Source: Candidatus Rifleibacteriota bacterium
GTDB lineage: Bacteria > Muiribacteriota > Ozemobacteria > Ozemobacterales > Ozemobacteraceae
DNA length: 13,053 bases
Reading direction: 5' to 3'
Assembly (NCBI GenBank): GCA_051747585.1
Contig: JBNJGH010000095.1
Span: forward strand, 1 to 13,053
Part shown: positions 1 through 7,646 of the stretch, in pieces
Position numbering within the stretch: position 1 is the stretch's first letter
Layout: each line of letters opens with the position of its first letter
Program-made: the position numbers and the translations under genes
Notes under the pieces: generated by a model
Told to the model about the DNA's origin: nothing
The model's input: the letters and a program-made list of their open reading frames with translations, nothing else
The model's database searches: none

Positions 1-1
1 C

Positions 2-37
2 GACCCTTGCTAGTGAGAGACGCTGATAGTAAGAGTC
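2..37 (+). ncRNA. Structured RNA hairpin, probably the 3' end or 3' UTR of a transcript entering from the left of the window
   Basis: GACCCTTGCTA (2-12) pairs with TAGTAAGAGTC (27-37) at 10 of 11 positions including one G-U; inner GTG/CGC stem closes an AGAGA loop; a terminator follows 10 nt later. Family not identified. Confidence 0.4.
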
Positions 38-47
38 TCAATAAATT

Positions 48-76
48 AAAAACCCGCTTTTTCAAGTGGGTTTTTT
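48..76 (+). terminator. Intrinsic terminator, possibly bidirectional
   Basis: AAAAACCCGC-TTTTTCAA-GTGGGTTTTTT: GC-rich stem with one G-U pair, followed by T6 and preceded by an A tract. Confidence 0.8.
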
Positions 77-142
77 GCTTTTAGCTTGCCTGTTAATTAT
101 CCCCCCCTGCCGTGCAAATCAGGGGTTAAACCTTGATTCAAT

Positions 143-222
143 AAAGAAAATGCTTCACACCGGGCCTCAAAGTCACAAAAAAAACACAGAACTCTCCGAG
201 CGCCACAGAGAACCTTTTTCAG
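143..222 (+). repeat. Dispersed ~80-bp repeat, copy A (CACAAAG/CACAGAG 9-nt-period family)
   Basis: Aligns by hand with 12901-12983 in direct orientation: 35/42 identity over the first block, and both end CACAGAGAAnnTTTTTCAG. Confidence 0.75.
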
Positions 223-277
223 ACTGTGTTCACAATATTATTCGGCATTCAGAAGGTTTGGTTCGAGGGACACCTTA

Positions 278-459
278 GAATGCCACTAAGTTAAGGAGAT
301 ATTTAAAGCACAGTTGTTTTATTCGTGCTCAGCGAAGCGGTGCTCGTAATCAGCGAAGCGGTATTCGTAATCGAATAATCAACATTTAAATCGATTACGA
401 TTAGGATTACGATCACGAGCATGATTCGCAAAATATGACTTCTTATCTTAGTGGCATTC
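278..459. mobile_element. 182-bp MITE with IS4-family-like terminal inverted repeats
   Basis: Left end GAATGCCACTAAGTTAAG (278-295) versus reverse complement of right end GAATGCCACTAAGATAAG (442-459): 17/18. Resembles the IS4 end TAATGCCGATCAGTTAAG. Flanks GGGACACCTTA (267-277) and GGAACGCCTAA (460-470) match 8/11, consistent with a decayed 11-bp target duplication. No ORF inside. Confidence 0.75.
323..424. repeat. Palindromic hexamer-based repeat element inside the MITE
   Basis: 21-bp tandem CAGCGAAGCGGTGCTCGTAAT / CAGCGAAGCGGTATTCGTAAT (330-371); perfect inverted pair TCGTAATCGA (365-374) / TCGATTACGA (391-400); right arm made of CGATTA/CGATCA/CGAGCA hexamers. Confidence 0.8.
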
Positions 460-502
460 GGAACGCCTAACTCAACTCAGTCAAAACTATCAGCCAATCA
501 AG

Positions 503-531
503 TAGACTGTTCTTCAAATTCGAATTATGAT
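503..531 (+). promoter_or_regulatory. Candidate sigma-70 promoter of the DKNYY gene
   Basis: TAGACT (503-508), 17-nt spacer, TATGAT (526-531), 53 nt upstream of the start codon. Confidence 0.5.
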
Positions 532-584
532 TAAACAGTTAACCACTTAGAAAAAAGGAAATAAAATAAACTGGAGGATGACAA

Positions 585-2003
585 TTGAATTTTAAAATTA
601 ATGCATTAGTCTTTTTGCTGGCGATTCTTGTTATTCAGTCAGCATATGGGTTTGTGCTGCAACTTAATACTTATAATTTAACAGATGGGGATATTTATTT
701 TAATCAGACTTTCGTTTGTGATGATGACGGATCATTTAAGACACTTTTCCCGTCAAAGAGATTTGGTGCTAATGCCAGGCAGGTCTTTTTTGAATCTAGT
801 GTTTTAAGTCAGGCAGATCGCCAGTCATTCAAGGTGTACAACAATTACCTGGCCTCAGACAAAAATTACATTTATAAGGCCGACAACCGAAACCAATCTA
901 GATTGGAAGTTGTTCCAAATGACGAATTCAAACCGCTATCCAGAAGATACTATGCAGATAAAAAGGGCATCTATTTTCTTGATATTGTTGCCCCGTTTAA
1001 CGGTAATCAGACTCGCGTGGAATTGAAAAGGATAGAAGGGGTTAAAGACCCTTCAAAGTTTGCTTTGATTTTTGACGATGGCCGCAAACTGCGAGACCCC
1101 TGTTTGCAGTTGGCAGCTGTAGATGATGAGGCCATTCTGCTTTTCGATCAGAAAATAAATGTTTGCAAAGGAAGCCAATTGGAGTTTATCAGCTTCCCCC
1201 AGGACATTATGGGAGCCGGTGCTTATTTGAGCAATCAACAAGAAGCTTTTTATTTTTATGACCGGAAATGGAGAAAACTTGAAACTGAAGCTGTAGATCA
1301 ACTTACATTTGTGAACCGGGCGTTTGTAACTGATGGAACAAGGTTATACCATCGTGGAAAAGCGGTAAAAGAAAATGATTCAGAAAAATTTATTGATATG
1401 AAAAAAGCCAGGCTGGTGCGTGGTAACTGGCTGATTTATAACCAGCAATTATATTATCTGGGAGGATGCAATTTCAAATACGTTGGTCCAGTTGATCAAA
1501 CAAGTTTTGAGGTGTTGAGGAACTATGCAAAACGTGGAATTGGTGCGATCCATATTGCTCGTGATAATGACAGCTATTTTTACCGCGACCACCAATATAA
1601 GCGCAAACCTCTTCATGAGAACATCAGATATGCACTGGAAAAGTACCCCAATCTTCTTGATGCCGTATATGTTGGCGGAGAGCTTGTGAATGGGGCAGAT
1701 CCTCTAACCCATATTCCCCTGAAGAACTATTATTCCATCGACAAAAACACAGTTTTTTATTTAAACTCAACAATTAAAATAGCTGACAGAGATACTTTCA
1801 GGGTTCTGGATCACGGGTATGCTCTTGATGCAAAACAGGTTTATTATAAGGGAATTCCAATTCCGGAAGCTGACCCGAATACTTTCAGCTTTGCTCCAGG
1901 GCGTTTTCATGTCGATGCTCCAGGGCAGAAAGTTCTTTATCATGATTCAACCAATCGTTATCATAATGGCAAAATTGTTAACGAAATTGGGTCTCTAAGG
2001 TAA
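585..2003 (+). CDS. Secreted DKNYY-family repeat protein, 472 aa
   Basis: Signal peptide ending QSAYG; repeated DKNYY-type motifs (ASDKNYIY, YADKKGIYF, ARDNDSYFY, SIDKNTVFY, ALDAKQVYY) and AD-x-x-(S/T)F motifs (ADRQSF, VDQTSF, ADRDTF, ADPNTF); GGAGG at 573-577, 7 nt before a TTG start. Confidence 0.88.
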   Translation: MNFKINALVFLLAILVIQSAYGFVLQLNTYNLTDGDIYFNQTFVCDDDGSFKTLFPSKRFGANARQVFFESSVLSQADRQSFKVYNNYLASDKNYIYKADNRNQSRLEVVPNDEFKPLSRRYYADKKGIYFLDIVAPFNGNQTRVELKRIEGVKDPSKFALIFDDGRKLRDPCLQLAAVDDEAILLFDQKINVCKGSQLEFISFPQDIMGAGAYLSNQQEAFYFYDRKWRKLETEAVDQLTFVNRAFVTDGTRLYHRGKAVKENDSEKFIDMKKARLVRGNWLIYNQQLYYLGGCNFKYVGPVDQTSFEVLRNYAKRGIGAIHIARDNDSYFYRDHQYKRKPLHENIRYALEKYPNLLDAVYVGGELVNGADPLTHIPLKNYYSIDKNTVFYLNSTIKIADRDTFRVLDHGYALDAKQVYYKGIPIPEADPNTFSFAPGRFHVDAPGQKVLYHDSTNRYHNGKIVNEIGSLR

Positions 2004-2142
2004 AAAGGTATCTATATTAAAAATTCCCCTTTGTTAAGCAACTTTACGCAATTCTGATCCCTTGAGACTATTCTGGTGTTGGGCAATGATTATTTGAGCT
2101 TTTGCCTTTCTTAAATACATTCAGTTGTAAGTGGAGGCAATA

Positions 2143-4212
2143 ATGAATCAGAAAAATAAGAACAGACTTGGCAACAGCAATAGCCCTTATCTTTTACAAC
2201 ATGCAGATAATCCGGTTGACTGGTATGAGTGGGAGCCTGAAGCTTTTCGGGCAGCAAAAGAGCAGAAACGCCTTATTTTTCTTTCTATCGGTTATTCAAC
2301 CTGTCACTGGTGTCATGTGATGGAAAGAGAGTCATTCGAAAGTGACGATGTGGCACAGCTTCTCAATTCATCATTTATTTCAATAAAAGTTGATCGCGAA
2401 CAAAGGCCGGACATAGATCAGGTTTATATGGAGGTTTGCCAGGCGCTGACCGGTAGCGGGGGCTGGCCGCTTACCATAATTATGACACCAGAAAAAAAAC
2501 CGGTGTTCGCAGGCACTTATTTCCCAAGAAGGCAAAAACATGGCCGGCCGGGCTTAATGGAAATACTGGCCAAGGTTGCGGCTCTCTGGCAAACAAGCCC
2601 CGAAACTCTGCTCAACAGCGCTCGAGAGATTTCGGATGCTTTTAGAACTCGAAAAGATTTTCAACCCGGGCCGGTTAAAGAAGAGCTGGTCGAGCACGGC
2701 ATAGCCCAGATTGCCGCAGCTTATGATCCGGTAAATGGCGGCTTTTCCAGCGCTCCAAAGTTTCCCGCCGGGCATTTGCTCGACTTTCTTTTGAGCTATT
2801 CTTACAAAAAGAACGACCAGGATTTGCTTGCCAGGGTTGAACATACTTTACAGGCCATGTACAAAGGCGGAATTTTTGACCATATTGGAGGCGGTTTTTG
2901 CCGCTACAGCACTGATGCAGAATGGTTTGCTCCGCACTTTGAGAAAATGCTTTATGATAACTCTTTGTTGCTGAACCTCTATGCAAAAGCCCATAAAATA
3001 ACCGGGCGTTTAATTTATAAAGAAGTTGCAGAAGATACGGCAAATTATATCCTCAGAGACCTCGGCAACGAAGAAGGCGGATTCTTCTCTGCAGAAGATG
3101 CAGACAGCGAAGGTGAAGAAGGTAAATTTTACCTTTTTACCTCTGAAGAGTTTTGTGAGCTTGCCGACGATGACTTCAAAGACGTCTTTCTTGAATATTT
3201 TTCTTTAAAGAAAAATGGTAACTTTGAGAACGGTCGTAATATTCTGCATTTAGCTGCTTTGCCAAAAGAATTTGTCGAGCGCAAATGTCTTGATTATGAA
3301 CGATTTATTCAAAGATTAAATGATTTCAGGCAAAAGCTTTTTGCTTACAGAGAAAAGCGGGTTAGACCGGCTCTGGATGATAAGATTATTACCTCCTGGA
3401 ATGGCATGGCTATCGGCGCACTTGCCAATGCCGGGCGTTTGCTCGACAACAAGGATTTTATCGAAAAAGCGCAAAATACTGCTTCTTTTATTAAAAAAAA
3501 TCTTTGTGATTCTGACTCGAAACTTTACCATTGCTGGAGAAAGCAAAAAGCCACGGATGAAGGCTTCTTTGAAGATTATGCCTTCTTGATTCGAGGCCTG
3601 TTAGATTTGTTCCGCGCTGATCAGGACTTAAAGTGGCTTGAATGGGTCGTGCAGCTTGACGCGAAAGCAGAAGAGCTTTTTTCGGGCGAAAAACCGGGTA
3701 AATATTTTGAAAATTCCCATGATAGTGAAGAGCTGTTTTTCAGGCCGGAAAACATTTATGACGGCGCCATGCCGTCAGCCCGATCAATTTATGCAGATGC
3801 CGTTCTTACTCTTTATCACATAACCGGGCAAAGCAAATATCTGCAAAAAGTAGAAAATATACTTGCAGCAAATTCCGAGCTGATAACTGAAGCGCCCTGG
3901 GTTTCTGTTTCACTGCTCAAAGTTCTATTGCGTTTTTTCACACAAGAGGCCAGGCTTGTTGTAGAATCCGGCGATAAAAAAATCGCATCTGAGGCTGTCG
4001 AAATTTTAGACAATTTTGAGCCTTTTGATTCCACAGTTATGCTTATAAAGAACAACGATGACGGCAAACTGGCTGCGGGTCTCAGTGATAATGAATTGCA
4101 AATGCCTGATCCAGAGCATCAGCAGTTACAGCTCTGCATCGGAGATACCTGCCTTAAACCTGCCAAAAATATTGAAGATTTCAAAGCAGTTTTACATTCA
4201 TTGAAAAAATAA
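2143..4212 (+). CDS. yyaL: Thioredoxin-domain protein of the YyaL/SSP411 family (N-terminal thioredoxin domain plus alpha/alpha-barrel), 689 aa
   Basis: NRL..SNSPYLLQHADNPVDW, SIGYSTCHWCHVMERESF, GGWPLT, PHFEKMLYDN, SAEDADSEGEEGKFY, RPALDDKIITSWNG, EDYA. Start moved to ATG 2143 because GGAGG lies at 2133-2137. Confidence 0.95.
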   Translation: MNQKNKNRLGNSNSPYLLQHADNPVDWYEWEPEAFRAAKEQKRLIFLSIGYSTCHWCHVMERESFESDDVAQLLNSSFISIKVDREQRPDIDQVYMEVCQALTGSGGWPLTIIMTPEKKPVFAGTYFPRRQKHGRPGLMEILAKVAALWQTSPETLLNSAREISDAFRTRKDFQPGPVKEELVEHGIAQIAAAYDPVNGGFSSAPKFPAGHLLDFLLSYSYKKNDQDLLARVEHTLQAMYKGGIFDHIGGGFCRYSTDAEWFAPHFEKMLYDNSLLLNLYAKAHKITGRLIYKEVAEDTANYILRDLGNEEGGFFSAEDADSEGEEGKFYLFTSEEFCELADDDFKDVFLEYFSLKKNGNFENGRNILHLAALPKEFVERKCLDYERFIQRLNDFRQKLFAYREKRVRPALDDKIITSWNGMAIGALANAGRLLDNKDFIEKAQNTASFIKKNLCDSDSKLYHCWRKQKATDEGFFEDYAFLIRGLLDLFRADQDLKWLEWVVQLDAKAEELFSGEKPGKYFENSHDSEELFFRPENIYDGAMPSARSIYADAVLTLYHITGQSKYLQKVENILAANSELITEAPWVSVSLLKVLLRFFTQEARLVVESGDKKIASEAVEILDNFEPFDSTVMLIKNNDDGKLAAGLSDNELQMPDPEHQQLQLCIGDTCLKPAKNIEDFKAVLHSLKK

Positions 4213-4221
4213 AAATTGTTC

Positions 4222-4809
4222 TTAATCTTTACTGAGGGCGGCTTCTATTGCTTTGACAAGTTTTTTTGAAGATGGTGAAGTCATCGACCCGAATCGGGCG
4301 CATACTTCACCATTCTTGTCTATAATGAATTTGTTGAAATTCCAGCTTATTTCTCCTGAAAATTCCGGGTTGGTTTCTTTTTCAGTAAGGAATTGATAAA
4401 GAGGGTGCTTGTCATCACCTTTAACCGAAATTTTGCTGAACATGGGAAACGTGACACCATAATTGGTGCGGCAGAAGGTTGCTATTTCATTATTGGTGCC
4501 TGGTTCCTGTCCGAGAAAATTGTTGGCGGGAAACCCCATAACCGTGAAGCCATCGTCTTTATATTTTTCATAGAGTTTTTGCAAGCCGTCGTATTGCCCG
4601 GTAAATCCGCATTTGCTGGCGACATTTACAATGAGAATCACTTTGCCTTTAAAATTGCTCAATGGTGTGGGGGTTCCGTCAATCAGCGGCATGGTGAAGT
4701 CTAATACAGATTGAGGTTCTTTTTCGGGCGCAGCGCTGTCTGCGCTTTCAGCCAGAGTGGAAGTTGCAAGAATAGTCATAAAAGCAAATATTAAAGCAAG
4801 TTTAATCAT
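4222..4809 (-). CDS. Glutathione peroxidase family protein (Cys type) with N-terminal signal peptide, 195 aa
   Basis: NVASKCGFT (peroxidatic Cys), GFPANNFLGQEPG, FCRTNYGVTF (second Cys), WNFNKF; signal peptide ending TLA-ES; AAGGAG RBS upstream. Confidence 0.95.
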   Translation of the reverse strand: MIKLALIFAFMTILATSTLAESADSAAPEKEPQSVLDFTMPLIDGTPTPLSNFKGKVILIVNVASKCGFTGQYDGLQKLYEKYKDDGFTVMGFPANNFLGQEPGTNNEIATFCRTNYGVTFPMFSKISVKGDDKHPLYQFLTEKETNPEFSGEISWNFNKFIIDKNGEVCARFGSMTSPSSKKLVKAIEAALSKD

Positions 4810-4896
4810 ATTAGTCGCTCCTTATTACTTATTATTAAAAATTGTCTGATTTGCTATTAAATGTATCTGTACATCCGATAAAAGCAAACCTGGCTT

Positions 4897-5922
4897 TTAT
4901 TCGGTGACTCGGGGATGGGAAGAAAAAAAATCCCAGATAATTTCGTTGGCAGGGAATTGAGGCGGAGGCGGGTCGGCACGGCGGTAAGGCTTTTCTTTGC
5001 TTCCCGGCCAGGCATGGCCCAGATTGTGAACCAGGTAGGCAACGAGGTCTGTTTTGTTGGGCCCGCCACTATATTTATAGATAGTCGCTTTAAGCTTTTT
5101 GTCGTAAGAAACTTCGGGCTGTTTTTTTAGATTATTTGCCTTGAGCCAGAACCTGATCGTATCTGAAGCTGAAACCATATAACGGGGTTCATTAATTGAC
5201 TCGATCTGCTTTCCGCCATTGAGGGGAACGTGCTTGTCTTTAACTCCTTGAATTATGCAGACTGAAACCGGTTTTTCAGGCTCAGGAGGCATTATAATCT
5301 TCTCGCCGTTTATTTTTTTGCCCCCCACAGTGCCAACTACCGGAGCGATTGCAGCTATGCGATTTTCGGGCTGAGCTGCCAGGAAGTGGCAAAAAATAGC
5401 ACCATTAGAAAGCCCGGTGGCGTAAATACGGTTTTCATCAATGTTGTAATCTTTTTCCAATGTTTTTAAAAGTTTATCAATAAAACCAAAGTCGTCTACG
5501 TTATTTTGACTGGCATAACCAAAGCCAAATTTAACATTCCAGGTTAAAAGCACATCTTTAGCTTTGCCCGTGCCGTTAGGTGCTACCAGCAAGAAGTCGT
5601 ATTTTTCTGCGGTTTCTTCGAGTTCATAGTAATGAATCGCATTCCGGGCATTGCCACCACCTCCGTGAAATAACAAAACAACAGGCAATTTTTTATTTTC
5701 GCTTGAAGTTGAAGGTTTATATACATAATAAGTGCGTTGGCGGCCATCATGATTAAGAGAAAACACTTCTGATTTGATTGGAAAGTTTTGATTTTTTTTA
5801 CGAACTTTTTTTATTAAAAAATTACCTATTTTTTCTTTGAGCCATTGTCCGTTAAGTGGCTGATACCATGAAAAAAGAATAATTCCCAATATTATAATTG
5901 TAAAGGCCGATTTCTTTTGCAC
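4897..5922 (-). CDS. Alpha/beta-hydrolase esterase, PHB-depolymerase/LpqP-like, exported or N-terminally anchored, ~341 aa
   Basis: LPVVLLFHGGGG, APNG, VDDFGFI, IDENRIYATGLSNGA (nucleophile), QGVKDKHVP (Asp), GHAWPG (His), EIIWDFF. GTG at 5922 preferred over TTG at 5961 because AGGAAGGA lies 8 nt upstream and a K-rich then hydrophobic segment follows. Confidence 0.88.
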   Translation of the reverse strand: MQKKSAFTIIILGIILFSWYQPLNGQWLKEKIGNFLIKKVRKKNQNFPIKSEVFSLNHDGRQRTYYVYKPSTSSENKKLPVVLLFHGGGGNARNAIHYYELEETAEKYDFLLVAPNGTGKAKDVLLTWNVKFGFGYASQNNVDDFGFIDKLLKTLEKDYNIDENRIYATGLSNGAIFCHFLAAQPENRIAAIAPVVGTVGGKKINGEKIIMPPEPEKPVSVCIIQGVKDKHVPLNGGKQIESINEPRYMVSASDTIRFWLKANNLKKQPEVSYDKKLKATIYKYSGGPNKTDLVAYLVHNLGHAWPGSKEKPYRRADPPPPQFPANEIIWDFFSSHPRVTE

Positions 5923-5980
5923 TTCTGTAGTCCTTCCTGCTTTATATTCTAATTGTATCAAAAAAATATAAGCTCTTTAT

Positions 5981-6023
5981 AGAAAAGAGCAGGTCTCACA
6001 CAAAGCCGCAAAATTCACCAGGA
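5981..6023 (+). repeat. Partial copy C of the dispersed CACAAAG-family repeat
   Basis: AGAAAAGAGCAGGTCTCACACAAAG versus AGAAAAGAAAATTCCTCACACCAAG at 12898-12922: 19/25. Confidence 0.5.
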
Positions 6024-6036
6024 AAGCCTGTAAATT

Positions 6037-6111
6037 GTCATCGTATATTGGTGGTTGAGCGTAGCTCGTGCTGAGCGAAGTCGAAGCGTCGAAACCACCA
6101 AGTGAACAATT
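6037..6111 (+). repeat. Nested REP-like element, copy 1
   Basis: Outer stem TTGGTGGTT/AACCACCAA encloses GAGCGTA...GTCGA, and a second unit GCTGAGCGAAGTCGAAGC sits inside it; near-identical inverted copy at 7917-7992. Confidence 0.9.
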
Positions 6112-6115
6112 GTCT

Positions 6116-6141
6116 GGTCCCTTCGACTCCGCTCAGGGACC
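6116..6141 (-). repeat. REP-like hairpin, GAGCG-n-AGTCGA family
   Basis: GGTCCCT-TCGACTCCGCTC-AGGGACC: 7-bp stem around the family core. Confidence 0.88.
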
Positions 6142-6151
6142 GCAATAGGTT

Positions 6152-6185
6152 GTCATTGCGAGGAGTGAAAGGACGAAGCAATCTC
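6152..6185 (+). repeat. GTCATTGCGAG...GAAGCAATC palindromic repeat (Rickettsia palindromic element-like type)
   Basis: GTCATTGCGAGGAGTGAAAGGACGAAGCAATCTC; ATTGC/GCAAT stem; recognisable consensus of a widespread repeat class. Confidence 0.7.
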
Positions 6186-6196
6186 AACTCTCTAAC

Positions 6197-6347
6197 CGTC
6201 ATTCCTGACCGGTTCTAACCGGATCAGGAATCCAGAATAATCGTCGTTTATGTTATTTAACAAATATAAGCTGGGTGCTTAAAAAAGATAGTTAATCAAT
6301 CTGTATTTCTGCTCTAACCCTGGATGCCTGCCTACGCATGCATGACG
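6197..6347. repeat. Inverted pair of CGTCAT...ATCCAG hairpin repeats (dRS3/RPE-like type) with an 84-bp AT-rich spacer
   Basis: CGTCATTCCTGACCGGTTCTAACCGGATCAGGAATCCAG (6197-6235, +) and CGTCATGCATGCGTAGGCAGGCATCCAG (6347-6320, -) share both ends; each folds into a hairpin. Confidence 0.72.
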
Positions 6348-6434
6348 CGTTTTATATAGCTTTCGCCATTGATGAACAAACAGGGTTAATCAAAGTCAGA
6401 ATGTTCTATTTCGGGCTATGTTAAACCTGACTAA

Positions 6435-6471
6435 AATCAGAAGCTGCCTCTTAAAGAGGCAGCTTCTGATT
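6435..6471 (-). terminator. Strong hairpin terminator of the glycine-zipper gene
   Basis: Perfect 18-bp inverted repeat AATCAGAAGCTGCCTCTT-A-AAGAGGCAGCTTCTGATT, 33 nt after the stop codon, ending in TTTT on the minus strand. Confidence 0.8.
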
Positions 6472-6504
6472 CAAAATTTTGTGGAGTTAGTAAATTCTTT
6501 AACT

Positions 6505-7599
6505 TTAGATTGTGTTTAGTTCGTCAGCAATGCTTTTGTAATTACTGTCTTCTATATTGTTTACCTGGCTGTGAACTGCACTGTCTTTAACTGTTTCGAT
6601 TATATCTTGAACCGCAGCTCTATCTTGAGCGCCGAGTTTGCTTAGACTGGAAGTGAAATCGTTGTATTCAGAACCTGGTTTGCCGTTGTTTGCCTGGATT
6701 TCTTCGATCAATCTTTTAGAAAGGGTTTCTGCAACCAGATTGCGTTGATCAAGCATACTTTCATACTGTACTGGGCTGGCTTCGTTTGCTAATACTGCAT
6801 CTCTTTTTCTATCAAGCTCTTCAGATTTAGAAATCAGGAAACTTACTGATTCATCGACGCTCATGGCTTCTGGATCCTGGAATGAGAAGCCATAATTGTA
6901 GTTGGCATCGTCTGCAGAGATTTCTGTGGCTTCGGTATAAGTTCCTTCACTTTCAGGAACTACATCGTCAAAAGCAGGTTCTTCAGGAGCAAGAGGAGCT
7001 ACAGGTTCGCTTACATCTTCAGCGGCCATTTCAGATTCAGGCGCTTCAGGGAAAGCCGAAGCAGTATCATCGAAAGGATCATCTAATGGTGCTGCTGTTT
7101 CAACCGGAGCCTGAGAAGGAGATTGTTCGGGCACATTTACATAACCGGTATCGTTTTTGCCGCCTTTTTTGCCATGTCCGCCTCCAAAATTTTCGTCATC
7201 TGCTGCATAGCCAATGCCGCCACCTATAAGACCGCCTATTACAGCTCCGCCTATCATTCCTGCAGGTCCTCCGACCAGAGCACCGATAGCAGTTCCCGCA
7301 AGTGCTGAAGTGGGAGCGTTAGAGGTTATTCCGTGAGTTGCTATGCCGGCGAGAGTAGCGCCAACGGTGAGCCCGGCGACAGCGCCGAGTGGTCCGCCAC
7401 CTATGCAGCCTACTGTAGCTCCGACTACGCCACCTGCTACTGCAGCTGTGGTAACTGCTACTGCGCGGCCGATTTTGCCGAGAGTTCTAAAGAAACCTGC
7501 TTCTGCCGGTGGGGTGGCAGCCAGGAAAAATATTGAAAACATCATGCTGAAAACCAGTAATACTGATAATTGATTTCTTCTACCTAGAGTTAAAGTCAT
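6505..7599 (-). CDS. Secreted glycine-zipper protein of unknown function, 364 aa
   Basis: AGGAGG 5 nt before ATG; signal peptide ending AEA-G; ~85 aa of GxxxG-rich hydrophobic sequence with GGGPLG and GGPAG turns; acidic Pro/Ala/Glu linker; probably helical C-terminal domain. Confidence 0.85.
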   Translation of the reverse strand: MTLTLGRRNQLSVLLVFSMMFSIFFLAATPPAEAGFFRTLGKIGRAVAVTTAAVAGGVVGATVGCIGGGPLGAVAGLTVGATLAGIATHGITSNAPTSALAGTAIGALVGGPAGMIGGAVIGGLIGGGIGYAADDENFGGGHGKKGGKNDTGYVNVPEQSPSQAPVETAAPLDDPFDDTASAFPEAPESEMAAEDVSEPVAPLAPEEPAFDDVVPESEGTYTEATEISADDANYNYGFSFQDPEAMSVDESVSFLISKSEELDRKRDAVLANEASPVQYESMLDQRNLVAETLSKRLIEEIQANNGKPGSEYNDFTSSLSKLGAQDRAAVQDIIETVKDSAVHSQVNNIEDSNYKSIADELNTI

Positions 7600-7646
7600 T
7601 TTGTCCTCCTGATCTTATACATCTTATGAATGATGAACTTTAGTAA

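Noticed and set aside
104..125. CCCCTG/CAGGGG hairpin
   Set aside because: Only 6 bp with a 10-nt loop and no clear context; could be chance.
66..278. 70-aa ORF on +
   Set aside because: Starts inside the terminator, has no RBS, runs through repeat copy A and stops at the MITE boundary.
2131..2142. GTG start for yyaL given by the ORF track
   Set aside because: The GTG overlaps the GGAGG RBS that serves ATG 2143.
4609..4611. Possible selenocysteine in the glutathione peroxidase
   Set aside because: The active-site codon is TGC (Cys), not TGA.
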